DNA from: a bacterium
Lineage (GTDB): Bacteria > Desulfobacterota > DSWW01
DNA length: 30,143 bases
Reading direction: 5' to 3'
NCBI GenBank assembly: GCA_040756235.1
Contig: JBFLZG010000117.1
Coordinates: forward strand, 1-30,143
How positions within the stretch are numbered: the first letter of the stretch is position 1; the number at the start of each line of letters is the position of its first letter. Under the pieces are notes generated by a model. That model was not told the DNA's origin and did no database searches. It saw only the letters and a program-made list of their open reading frames with translations. Position numbers and translations under genes: made by a program. Positions 1 through 8,345 of the stretch are shown here, one piece after another.

Positions 1-10
1 GCCTCCCGGC

Positions 11-217
11 TACGCCTCGTTCCTCAGGATTTGACTCGCGCCGTCCATGGCGCTCGCCCTCCGGGCGCATCATCCTGACGGATGATGCGCCCAATTCCGC
101 TGTCCTGCGGAATTGTCGCGCGCCTTGCATCTGGGCATTTTTGAACAGCCTCTGAAATCGAGCCTGTTGGGACAGGCTCGAGCTAGGGCAAGGCCGTTGA
201 AAAAGGCCTATCTGCGG
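11..217. mobile_element. MITE-like non-coding repeat: right end of one copy (to ~151) and left end of another (191-217)
   Basis: CATCTGGGCATTTTTGAACAGCCT (128-151) is an imperfect inverted match to AGGCCGTTGAAAAAGGCCTATCTG (191-214), resembling IS-type GGCTGTTGAAAAA ends. A 10-bp-stem hairpin (158-181) lies between them. No transposase ORF. Confidence 0.5.
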
Positions 218-782
218 AGATAGGCAGGCAAGAGGCTGAAGGTAGGGGAGACGCTTTCTCCTTTTATCTTTGCACTCTTGGCTTATGACCTCATGACATC
301 CCGGTAAAGCAACCGGCTTCGCATCCTCCTCGACTCGGTTCTCGCTCCACCCCTTTTCCAAGGGTTCGCGCAATAATAACTTCGCAGGGGCCGGGGCCAA
401 CTGCATCATCTTGGAGAGGGGAGGTTTCGCGCCCAGATTTGGGTCAGATTCGGCCGCGACGATTGAGCGAGATCGCAGGCATGGCACGGCTATGTCGAGG
501 ATCTTGCGATTGAGGAGCGGTCGAAGATGGCCCGAAGATGGGATGCGAAACGGGAAGTTATTTCTGCGCGAACCCTTAAGACCAATCAGCCTGAAAAACT
601 CGCCCGCCGACGCGCATCGAAGAAAGAAGAAGCCCAGGGCCGTGGGTGGCCCTTATGGGCTTCCGGTGTAGAGCCGAGAGGCAGGGCGCCGCCCACCCCG
701 GCGGAGAAACGAGACGAGATCGCCCGGCCCCATCCCGGGAGGGTAGGGCAGCCGGCGATTCTGTTGAAAAAAGGACAATGTC

Positions 783-2210
783 ATGGCAACCCCGCAATTC
801 AAGAGAAGGGAAAAGAAGGCCGACCTCACCCGGGTGGGGGAGGCGGCCATCCGCGATTTCCGCAGCCGGTTCAGAGGAGAGGTCTTTCGCCCGGGGGACG
901 AAGGCTACGATGATGCGCGCAGAATCTGGAACGCGATGATCGACAGGCGGCCCGGGCTGATCGCCCGCTGCAAGGGCGCCTCCGACGTCATCCGGGCGGT
1001 GAACTTCGCGCGCGCCCACGATCTGCTCGTCGCCGTTCGAGCAGGCGGTCACAACGTTGCCGGCAACTGCACGTGTGACGGTGGGCTCGTGATCGACCTG
1101 TCGCACATGAGCTCGGTCCGCGTGGACCCCGAAGCCGGCAAGGCATGGGTCGGGCCCGGCGCGACGCTCGGCGACTTCGACCGCGAGTCACAGACCTTCG
1201 GCCTGGCGGCTCCCCTCGGCATCAACTCGACCACCGGCGTGGCCGGCCTGACCCTGGGCGGGGGATTCGGCTGGCTCAGCCGCAAGCACGGCCTGACCAT
1301 CGACCATCTCGTAGGAGCGGACGTGGTGACCGCCAACGGGAAATGGGTCCGTGCCGACGAAGATCACAACCCCGACCTCTTCTGGGCCTTGCGCGGCGGC
1401 GGCGGCAATTTCGGAGTGGTCACGAATTTCGAGTTCCGGCTGCACCGGGTCGGGCCCCGGATCCTCGGCGGGCTGATCGTGTACCCCTATGCGGAAGCGA
1501 AGCAGGTGCTCACCGGCCACCGCGACCTGGTGGACAGCATGCACGAGGACCTGAACGTCTGGACGATCCTTCGCAAGGCGCCCCCTCTCCCCTTTCTTCC
1601 CGCGGAGGTACACGGGAAGGACGTCGTCGTGCTGGCGACCTTCTGGGGCGGCGACATCGACGCAGGGGTCAGGGAGATCGAGCCTTTTCGACGGCTGGGG
1701 ACCCCGGTCGGAGAGCATGTCGGTCCCATGCTCTACGCGGAGTGGCAGTCCGCGTTCGACGCGCTGCTCGCACCCGGCGCGAGGAACTACTGGAAGTCAC
1801 ACAACTTCACGAGCCTTCCGGACGAGCTTTTGGACCTCTCGATCCGGTACGCGGGAAGGCTGCCGTCCCCCCTGTGCGAGGTCTTCACGGGCGTACTGGG
1901 CGGAGAGGCCGGCCGCCGGGCGCCGGCCGCGACGGCCTACGTCGGCCGCGACGCGCGCTTCGTGATGAACGTCCACGCGCGCTGGGAGACGCCCCGGGAG
2001 GATGAGGCCTGCGTGCGGTGGGCGCGGGAGTTCTTCCGGGCCTCGGCGCCATACGCCACCGGCGGTGTCTACGTCAATTTCATGACCGAGGAAGAGGAGG
2101 ACCGCGTGCGTGCGGCTTACGGGACGAATTACGACCGGCTGGTCGAGATCAAGAGGAAGTACGACCCGGAGAATCTGTTCCGGCGTAACCAGAACATCGA
2201 TCCCTCATGA
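783..2210 (+). CDS. FAD-linked oxidase (FAD_binding_4 + berberine-bridge-enzyme C-terminal domain)
   Basis: VRAGGHN covalent-FAD motif, STTGVAGLTLGGGFG, DLFWALRGGGGNFGVVT, C-terminal YVNF...RLVEIKRKYDPENLF. Confidence 0.93.
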   Translation: MATPQFKRREKKADLTRVGEAAIRDFRSRFRGEVFRPGDEGYDDARRIWNAMIDRRPGLIARCKGASDVIRAVNFARAHDLLVAVRAGGHNVAGNCTCDGGLVIDLSHMSSVRVDPEAGKAWVGPGATLGDFDRESQTFGLAAPLGINSTTGVAGLTLGGGFGWLSRKHGLTIDHLVGADVVTANGKWVRADEDHNPDLFWALRGGGGNFGVVTNFEFRLHRVGPRILGGLIVYPYAEAKQVLTGHRDLVDSMHEDLNVWTILRKAPPLPFLPAEVHGKDVVVLATFWGGDIDAGVREIEPFRRLGTPVGEHVGPMLYAEWQSAFDALLAPGARNYWKSHNFTSLPDELLDLSIRYAGRLPSPLCEVFTGVLGGEAGRRAPAATAYVGRDARFVMNVHARWETPREDEACVRWAREFFRASAPYATGGVYVNFMTEEEEDRVRAAYGTNYDRLVEIKRKYDPENLFRRNQNIDPS

Positions 2211-2222
2211 CCCGGTCGGGCT

Positions 2223-2271
2223 GTCATTGCGGGTAGGGGCAGGTTTCAAACCTGCCCCTACAGGGAATGAC
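2223..2271. repeat. GTAG-type REP palindrome between convergent genes, possibly also a terminator
   Basis: GTAGGGGCAGGTTT-C-AAACCTGCCCCTAC (2233-2261, 14-bp arms), enclosed by GTCATT (2223-2228) and AATGAC (2266-2271). Confidence 0.8.
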
Positions 2272-2311
2272 GGATACAGCAGGCGGCAGGCTTCTCCCGT
2301 GCGATGTGCGC

Positions 2312-3661
2312 TCAGAACCGCGAAGACTCGATGAGCTTCCTCACGTCGCCCTTCCACGGGCCTGCCCAGTCGTCCAGGAGCTGCCGCGCAGGGCATTCCC
2401 ATCCCCTGTCCAGCAAGTCCTCCAGAGGCGCCAGGTAGACGCTCTCGTCCCGGCCTGCCGCGTCCAGCCGGGCCTGGCGCCGGAGCCCCTGTGCCGCGAT
2501 GCTCACCAGGTCGCGGATGTGCCGCTGCAGCCTGCTGCCCCGTATCTCGGCGCGCGGTCCGTGCACGGTAACGTCGCGATAGAGCCGCTGCCGTTCGGCG
2601 GCGCTCCACGGCTGCACCATTTCCCAGGCGGCCCGGCGCGCCTCGTCATCGTAGAAGATGCCCTTCGCCAGGGCCGGAAAGGCCATGGCCAGGAAAGGAG
2701 GAGGACAGTCTGCGCTGCGCAGCTCGACGTAGGGTTCGAGGCGCGCCTCCGTGAAGATGGTGGAGAGGTGAAGGATCCAGTCCGCGCGGGTCGCGCGCTC
2801 GTTCCCGAACCCTGATTCGAGGAACTGGCGGAAGGTGACGGCTTCACCGACGTCCACCCACCGGTCCTCACGGACGATGAACAGCATGGGCACGTCCAGC
2901 GCGTATGCCACGTAATCACCGAAAGCCGCATCCGCGTGAAACAGCCGCTCGATGAATCCGCTGCGATGCGGGTCGGTGTCCTGCCAGATGTGCGCCCGCC
3001 GGGAGAGAAAGCCGTTGGACGCTCCCCTGGAGATCGCCGAATTGGCGAACAGGGCGGTCAACAGGGGCGTAAGCGCCATGGCCAGCCGGAACTTTTCCAC
3101 GGCGTCCGCCTCGTTCTCGTAGTCGAGGTTGACCTGGGTGGAAGCCGTCTCGCGCATCATGGAGCGACTCAGCGATCCGCAGCGGGCGAGATGGCGGTTC
3201 ATGATGTCGTAGCGGGCCTTGGGGAGCAGCTCGATCTCCTCCCAGCTCGAGAGCGGTTGGATGCCGAGCCCGAGCCAGGCGATGCCCGGGCGTTCGGAAA
3301 CCGCGATCAGCTCCTCGATGTGGCCACGGAGCTCGGCGGCGAGCTCGTGGACGGTCTCGCGGGGCGCGCTGCTCAGCTCGAGCTGGGAGCCGGGCTCGAG
3401 GGTGATCTTGCTGGAGTCTCGCTCCAGCGACAGGAGGCGCGACCCTTCTCTCTTGGGCTCCCAGCCAAAGCGCTCCGCGAGATCGGCGAGGATGCGCTCG
3501 ACTCCTCGCGGTCCGCTGAAGGGAACGGCCCTGCCGCTGGCGAGGTCGATCCCCAGCTTTTCGAACTCGCAGCCGATTCTCCACTGCTCGCGCGGCTTGC
3601 AGGCGTCCATAAAGAAGCGGGCAAGCTCCTCCCCCGAACCCATGAGCGCTTCACGACCCAT
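2312..3661 (-). CDS. gshA: Glutamate--cysteine ligase, GCS2/plant-type
   Basis: IGCEFEK, TLEPGSQLELS, PKARYDIM, MMRETASTQVNLD, HLSTIFTEARLEPYVELRSAD; 449 aa. Confidence 0.9.
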   Translation of the reverse strand: MGREALMGSGEELARFFMDACKPREQWRIGCEFEKLGIDLASGRAVPFSGPRGVERILADLAERFGWEPKREGSRLLSLERDSSKITLEPGSQLELSSAPRETVHELAAELRGHIEELIAVSERPGIAWLGLGIQPLSSWEEIELLPKARYDIMNRHLARCGSLSRSMMRETASTQVNLDYENEADAVEKFRLAMALTPLLTALFANSAISRGASNGFLSRRAHIWQDTDPHRSGFIERLFHADAAFGDYVAYALDVPMLFIVREDRWVDVGEAVTFRQFLESGFGNERATRADWILHLSTIFTEARLEPYVELRSADCPPPFLAMAFPALAKGIFYDDEARRAAWEMVQPWSAAERQRLYRDVTVHGPRAEIRGSRLQRHIRDLVSIAAQGLRRQARLDAAGRDESVYLAPLEDLLDRGWECPARQLLDDWAGPWKGDVRKLIESSRF

Positions 3662-3872
3662 AGCCGATTCCCGTTCTCGTGGCTCGTTCGTGTGACTTGA
3701 AGAAACGGAGTTGGTTCAAATATGGCCCGTTTACGTTCCCTCCGTCAATCAGCCGGAAACAGGGGACGCGAATTCCACCTGCCCTTGTGCTTCTGTTCCC
3801 TCCCTGTAAGAATGCATGCCGAGCTCGACAAAAAGGCCACGGGCGGCAAACATTTCTGGAGGAACCCGAACG

Positions 3873-4628
3873 ATGGGACCGAGAATGGCTCGGATCGAGA
3901 TCACCGGAACGACCGCCGTGTTGACCCTTGCGAAGCCGCCGGTGAACGCCTTTGACCTCGATCTCGTCCGCGACGCCGAGGAATGCCTCGTGCAGGCGGA
4001 GGCGAACCCGGAGGTTCGCGCCGTCGTCATCACGGGGCAGGGGAGGTGTTTCTCCGCAGGGCTCGATCTGAAGACCGTCCCCTATTACGGGCCTGCCGAA
4101 CAGCGCAGGATGGTGGAAGAGCTGAACCGAACCGTTGCCTGGTTGTACGGCTTTCCCCTTCCCACCGTGGCCGCGATCAACGGGCACGCCATTGCCGGCG
4201 GCTTCATCCTCGCGATCGCCTGTGACTACCGGATCGGCTGCTCCGATCCCTGCAGGCTCGGCGTCACGGAGAGCCGGGTGGGCATCCCCTTTCCGCTCTC
4301 GACCATGGAGGTCTTGCGGGCGGAGCTGTCTCCGGCCGCCGCTCGCAGCATGACGCTCGTAGGCCGGACGTTCGGGCCGCAGGAAGCCGTGACCGCAGGG
4401 GTCCTGGACGAGATCTGCCCGGGCCCTGATCTCCTGGCGCGGGCCAAGGAAGCGGCCCTGGGCTTCTCGGCCATGCCGAGGGAGGCCTATGGGAAGATCA
4501 AGCGCCAGCTCAGGGCCGAGGCGCTTGCCCGCATGGAGGACGGCATTCGGAGCGGCAGCGACCCGCTGTTGAAGATGTGGATCGCCGAAGAGGGCCGCGC
4601 GGCGTCGGCCCGCCACCTTGGTTCTTAG
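3873..4628 (+). CDS. Enoyl-CoA hydratase/isomerase (crotonase) family, likely delta3,delta2-isomerase-like
   Basis: PPVNA, FSAGLDL, AAINGHAIAGG..LAIACDYRI, GVTESRVGI. Only one of the two hydratase glutamates is apparent. GGAGG RBS at 3858-3862 precedes ATG 3873. Confidence 0.88.
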   Translation: MGPRMARIEITGTTAVLTLAKPPVNAFDLDLVRDAEECLVQAEANPEVRAVVITGQGRCFSAGLDLKTVPYYGPAEQRRMVEELNRTVAWLYGFPLPTVAAINGHAIAGGFILAIACDYRIGCSDPCRLGVTESRVGIPFPLSTMEVLRAELSPAAARSMTLVGRTFGPQEAVTAGVLDEICPGPDLLARAKEAALGFSAMPREAYGKIKRQLRAEALARMEDGIRSGSDPLLKMWIAEEGRAASARHLGS

Positions 4629-4903
4629 TACATGTCGGCGTAAATACGCTAACGTATTTGTGTGCGGGAGCGAGCTGGCGATGATGCTGCCAATGCCCGA
4701 TTTTGCGAGGAGGCTTTGCGACGTGGCAACCCCCCTGTTTCGGGGGATCGCCACGCTCGCGACTCTGAATCCGCGGTAATCCCGAGGCGCCGGGGCTCGC
4801 TCGCGACATCTGGCTCTTGCAGGCCGTCCGTTGCCACGTCTCCTCTCGCAGACCGGCCGCGCCGGTCGGCGGAGTATGTTACCGAACTTATGAACCAGTG
4901 TAC
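4628..4903. mobile_element. Putative 276-bp MITE with imperfect terminal IRs and a TTA duplication
   Basis: Left end GTACATGTCGGCGTAAATACGCTAACGTA versus right end (reverse complement) GTACACTGGTTCATAAGTTCGGTAACATA. TTA flanks both sides (4625-4627, 4904-4906). Confidence 0.5.
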
Positions 4904-5011
4904 TTAGTACGCCCGGATGTCGCGCGCGGGCGGCGTGAGCACTCGGTAGGGTGGACAAAGCCGAAAGGCGTGTCCACCAACCAGGGCTGCAGACTCGCGA
5001 GCGTGACGATC
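4746..5011. repeat. REP-like cluster: 22-bp inverted repeat plus a GTAG REP
   Basis: 4746-4767 and 4990-5011 are inverted with 20/22 identity. GTAG-GGTGGACA..GCCGAAAGGC.TGTCCACC hairpin at 4946-4978. Confidence 0.65.
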
Positions 5012-5079
5012 TGAGCGCAGCGAGGGATCTCCCTGCGCCGATCGCCGCGGTGGGGGGTGCCAAGTCGCTGCGGCCCCCC

Positions 5080-5877
5080 TCATCCCTTGCACACGATGCC
5101 GCCGTCCACCGGCAACAGCACTCCGGTGACGTACTTCGCCTCGTCCGAGGCGAGGAACAGGGCTGCATACGCCACGTCCCAGGCGTCGCCCATGTGCTTC
5201 ATCGGCACGGCCTCGTTCCGGTAGCGGATGAGGTCCTCTTTGCTGATCGGGAGCCTCTGGGTGATGCCCTCGATCGCCATGGGCGTATGGATGAGGCCCG
5301 GCAGGATGGCGTTGCACCGGATTCCCAGGTGGGCGTACTGCATGGCGACGGATTGGGTGAGCGAGTCGACGCCGCCCTTGGAGACGCTGTAGGCGAGCAT
5401 CGGATAGGGCGGGAAGCGGATGCCGCCGATGGACGAGATGTTGATGATGGAGCCGCTTGCCTGCTTTTTCATGTAAGGGAGCACGTACTTGCAGGTCAGG
5501 TACATGGCCTTGAGGTTGACGTCCAGGACCTGGTCCCACTCCTCCTCGGGCAGCTCGACCGGGCCGCCTCCGCTGGCAATGCCGACGTTGTTGTGGAGGA
5601 TGTCGATCCTGCCGTAGAGGGCGACACACGTCTCGGCCATGCGCCGGCAATCGGCCGCCTGCGACACGTCTCCGGCAAAGACGGCCGATCGACCTCCCTC
5701 GGCTTCGATCATGCTGCGGGTCTCCTCGGCCGAATCAAGGCGCCGGTCCACCAGCAGGACCGAGGCTCCCTCGCGCGCGAAGACGATGGCCGCAGCCCTG
5801 CCGTTGCCCAGGGTTTCGCCCGGCGTCGATCCGGCTCCGACCACGATCGCCACCTTGTTCTTCAACCGATCGCCCAT
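5080..5877 (-). CDS. Short-chain dehydrogenase/reductase (classical SDR)
   Basis: VAIVVGAGS..GNG, HNNVG, NISS, YSVSK catalytic motif, GIRCNAILPG, VTGVLLPVDGG. GGGAGG RBS upstream of ATG 5877. Confidence 0.92.
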   Translation of the reverse strand: MGDRLKNKVAIVVGAGSTPGETLGNGRAAAIVFAREGASVLLVDRRLDSAEETRSMIEAEGGRSAVFAGDVSQAADCRRMAETCVALYGRIDILHNNVGIASGGGPVELPEEEWDQVLDVNLKAMYLTCKYVLPYMKKQASGSIINISSIGGIRFPPYPMLAYSVSKGGVDSLTQSVAMQYAHLGIRCNAILPGLIHTPMAIEGITQRLPISKEDLIRYRNEAVPMKHMGDAWDVAYAALFLASDEAKYVTGVLLPVDGGIVCKG

Positions 5878-6004
5878 TGCATGCCTCCCTGGCCGCGCAC
5901 GCGATCCGCTGCGACCCTCGCGTGAGAGTGGATCACCCCCCACCCCTCCTCTGGTGCGGAAGGATTCAGGTTCGGTGCATTCTAGATGGATCGCCCGGCT
6001 TGGT

Positions 6005-6922
6005 TCAATCGAATTGTTCCGTTCTGTCCCGGACGAACGAGACGAGCCTGCGCACCGATTCTTCGAGGGATGCGAAGCCGCCTCCTGCAGGGCCGAGAAA
6101 ATTCCGTACCGGGACTTCCAGGATCACGGTGCCTCGAAACCCTCTGTCGAGAAGCGCCTCCAGAAAACGCGGCCACGGGACCTGGCCGGCCGACAGCGGG
6201 CGATGGTCCTCGCGATCCTCCACGTCGTGGCAGTGGACGTGGCCGACCTCGTCCAGGAATCCGGCCGGCGGATCCAGAGAGAGGCCGAACCGTCTGGCAT
6301 TCATGAAAGCGTGGCCGAAGTCCCAGCAGGCCCGGACGCCGCCTGCCCGGACCACCTTGATGAGCTCCGGGTAATGGTCTCCGATGCGGTGGATGCGCTC
6401 GGCCGGATCGGGCCGGATCTGCAGCTCGGCCACGGGCCGCACGCCCGGTGCGTGCCGCGCGCTCCAGCGCGCCGCCCACCGGAAGAACCGGACGGACCGC
6501 TCCGCGAGCGTGCTCCGCGGGATCTCGCACGAAGCTGCGGCGGCATGGATGTTGACGATCGCCGCGGTCTGCTGCAGCCGCGCGGCCTCCGCGGCAAGGC
6601 GGAAGACCCGCTCGTGCAGCCGGCGGCAGGGATCGGACTCCTCCTGGGAGTCCTCTTCCGAAAACCAGGCAGGATTGTGCGGCGTGCCTTCGGTATAGGG
6701 GTGGAAGGAGACCCGAAGCTCCTGCGCGAGGCAGCGGCGCACGTGGAGCAAGGCTTCTTCGAAGTCGGTCTCCGGGCCGAGCGCGCTCTCGACCGCGCCT
6801 GCGCCCCAGGCCCTCAAGGTCTCGAGCGGGTCGCGCGGCCCGAACAGCCGGCGGCAGGCATCGTCGTTCTGAAAGCCGATGTCGAGCTTGAAGCCGACAC
6901 GCGCCTCGGGTCTCGGGATCAA
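6005..6922 (-). CDS. Sugar-phosphate isomerase/epimerase family (xylose-isomerase-like/AP-endonuclease-2 TIM barrel)
   Basis: Metal-binding pattern AELQ, CWDFGH, HVHCHD, EDHRPL, VILEV. Probable TTG start overlaps the upstream TGA (TTGA). Start is uncertain. Confidence 0.75.
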   Translation of the reverse strand: MIPRPEARVGFKLDIGFQNDDACRRLFGPRDPLETLRAWGAGAVESALGPETDFEEALLHVRRCLAQELRVSFHPYTEGTPHNPAWFSEEDSQEESDPCRRLHERVFRLAAEAARLQQTAAIVNIHAAAASCEIPRSTLAERSVRFFRWAARWSARHAPGVRPVAELQIRPDPAERIHRIGDHYPELIKVVRAGGVRACWDFGHAFMNARRFGLSLDPPAGFLDEVGHVHCHDVEDREDHRPLSAGQVPWPRFLEALLDRGFRGTVILEVPVRNFLGPAGGGFASLEESVRRLVSFVRDRTEQFD

Positions 6923-7824
6923 TCGGACTGCGCAGCCTTCCAGGATTCGAAGAAGATCTCGACTTCGTCCACGAAGCCGCCATGCCGGGGTTGCCACCCG
7001 AGCAGGCGCACGGCCTTGCGGGCATCGACGTGCTGATCGAGGGCCAGGCACTCCGCCACGTCGCCCATGGACTTGGCGGCCTCCGCCAGCGGAACGAAAC
7101 GGATCTCGCCTTCGTATTCGGCGGCCCGGGCGACCGCCGCGGCCATGTCGCGGACGCTCCAGCGCGAGCGGTCCGTGATGGCGAACACTTCGCCTCCCAG
7201 ACCGCTCGCTGCCGCGCGGAGATAGGCATCGGCCAGGTCGTCGACGTGCACCATGGCCCAGCGGTTGTTGCCGCTCCCGACGACGCGCAGGTTCTTGTCG
7301 CTGGAAGCCCCGCGGAACCACATGCCCGTGAGCCCTCCCTGCCTGCCGTAGACGCAGCCGGGCCGGATCACGATGCCTTTGATCCCGCTCGCACCCAGGA
7401 CCAGGCGTTCCAGTTCCGGCCGCCAGGAAACCAGCTGGGGAGGCGCCAGAGGCGTCGTCTCGTCGACCAGCTTGCCGGCCGTATTCCCGTGGACCCAGAC
7501 GCCGCTCGTGTAGACGAGGGTCTTGGGACACGCCCCCCGACGGCTGCAGCCGACGAGCGTCTGGACCGTCTCGCGGTCCAGAGCGGCAGTGTCGGCGCGG
7601 AAGTCCGCAGCGGCGTGGATGATGACCGAGCAGTCCTCCGCGACGGCTTTGAAGCTGTCAGGGTCCTGCATCGAGCCGAGCACCGGGCAGATCTCATTCC
7701 TCGTCAGGAGCCGGGCCTTGTCCATGCCCCTGGCCAGACCCCAGACCTCGTGCCCGGCACGGCGGAACGCGCACGCCACGCTGAATCCGATGTAGCCCGT
7801 GGCACCTGTCACGAAAACCTTCAT
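6919..7824 (-). CDS. NAD-dependent epimerase/dehydratase family (extended/atypical SDR)
   Basis: MKVFVTGATGYIG, IIHAA, YTSGVWVHG, VIRPGCVYG, VHVDDLA. Confidence 0.9.
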   Translation of the reverse strand: MKVFVTGATGYIGFSVACAFRRAGHEVWGLARGMDKARLLTRNEICPVLGSMQDPDSFKAVAEDCSVIIHAAADFRADTAALDRETVQTLVGCSRRGACPKTLVYTSGVWVHGNTAGKLVDETTPLAPPQLVSWRPELERLVLGASGIKGIVIRPGCVYGRQGGLTGMWFRGASSDKNLRVVGSGNNRWAMVHVDDLADAYLRAAASGLGGEVFAITDRSRWSVRDMAAAVARAAEYEGEIRFVPLAEAAKSMGDVAECLALDQHVDARKAVRLLGWQPRHGGFVDEVEIFFESWKAAQSD

Positions 7825-8002
7825 GGGCTTCCCCATCCACTCCCTGTGCTTGGCTCCGGCCGGGTCGACCCTCAAGGCTCGGCCGGATCCGGGCTTCAGG
7901 GCCGCCGCCCGGCGTCCGAAGCTCGCGCCCTGCCTGTACGCCCTGCCTGTACATCTCCGTTATGGTTATGATGCCGGTCAGCCGACGCAGGGTGTTCTTC
8001 AT
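7694..8002 (-). CDS. Possible small hypothetical protein translationally coupled to the upstream gene
   Basis: ATG overlaps the upstream stop (ATGA 8002-7999) and the N-terminus MKNTLRRLTGIITITEMYRQGVQAGRELR looks protein-like. The frame runs 131 nt into the epimerase gene, so the 3' end is doubtful. Confidence 0.3.
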   Translation of the reverse strand: MKNTLRRLTGIITITEMYRQGVQAGRELRTPGGGPEARIRPSLEGRPGRSQAQGVDGEAHEGFRDRCHGLHRIQRGVRVPPCRARGLGSGQGHGQGPAPDEE

Positions 8003-8343
8003 GTTGACACGACCTTCCTGCACTGATCCAGGCGGATCCCCAGGAGGGCGCGGACGCGGAGGGCCTTCTCATGCTCGCCGAGGTCCTGATCGGCGATCTC
8101 CTGAACCGCCGCGGCGAGCTCCGGGTCGTCCAGGCGGTCGCCCACCCACTCCCGGAGGCTGCTCCAATCGAGCTGGGGAAGGTCCTGGGAGAGGAAGCGC
8201 GCCACCTCTTCGAGGCTGTAGAGGTGGACCGCCACCGGACCCATCCGCTTCCTGAGCCGGTATCCGACCAGCCGGTCCTCGAACGCGACCTCGCTCAGGA
8301 CCCTTGCCGCAAGCTGCCTGTTCGGCTGCGCCAGAGACTTCAT
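7999..8343 (-). CDS. Hypothetical 114-aa helical protein immediately downstream of the AOR gene
   Basis: ATG 2 nt after the AOR stop, preceded by GGGGAG. Natural-looking composition (LSEVAFEDRL..LYSLEEV..LREWVGDRLDDPELA). Confidence 0.75.
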   Translation of the reverse strand: MKSLAQPNRQLAARVLSEVAFEDRLVGYRLRKRMGPVAVHLYSLEEVARFLSQDLPQLDWSSLREWVGDRLDDPELAAAVQEIADQDLGEHEKALRVRALLGIRLDQCRKVVST

Positions 8344-8345
8344 GG

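Noticed and set aside
33..117. tRNA (including tRNA-Sec)
   Set aside because: No 7-bp acceptor stem, TTC-type T loop or anticodon arm.
482..496. Sigma54 promoter (TGGCACG)
   Set aside because: No GC at the -12 position (reads TATGTC).
411..780. Short ORFs upstream of the FAD oxidase
   Set aside because: No RBS or recognisable motifs; Arg/Pro/Gly-rich composition typical of non-coding frames.
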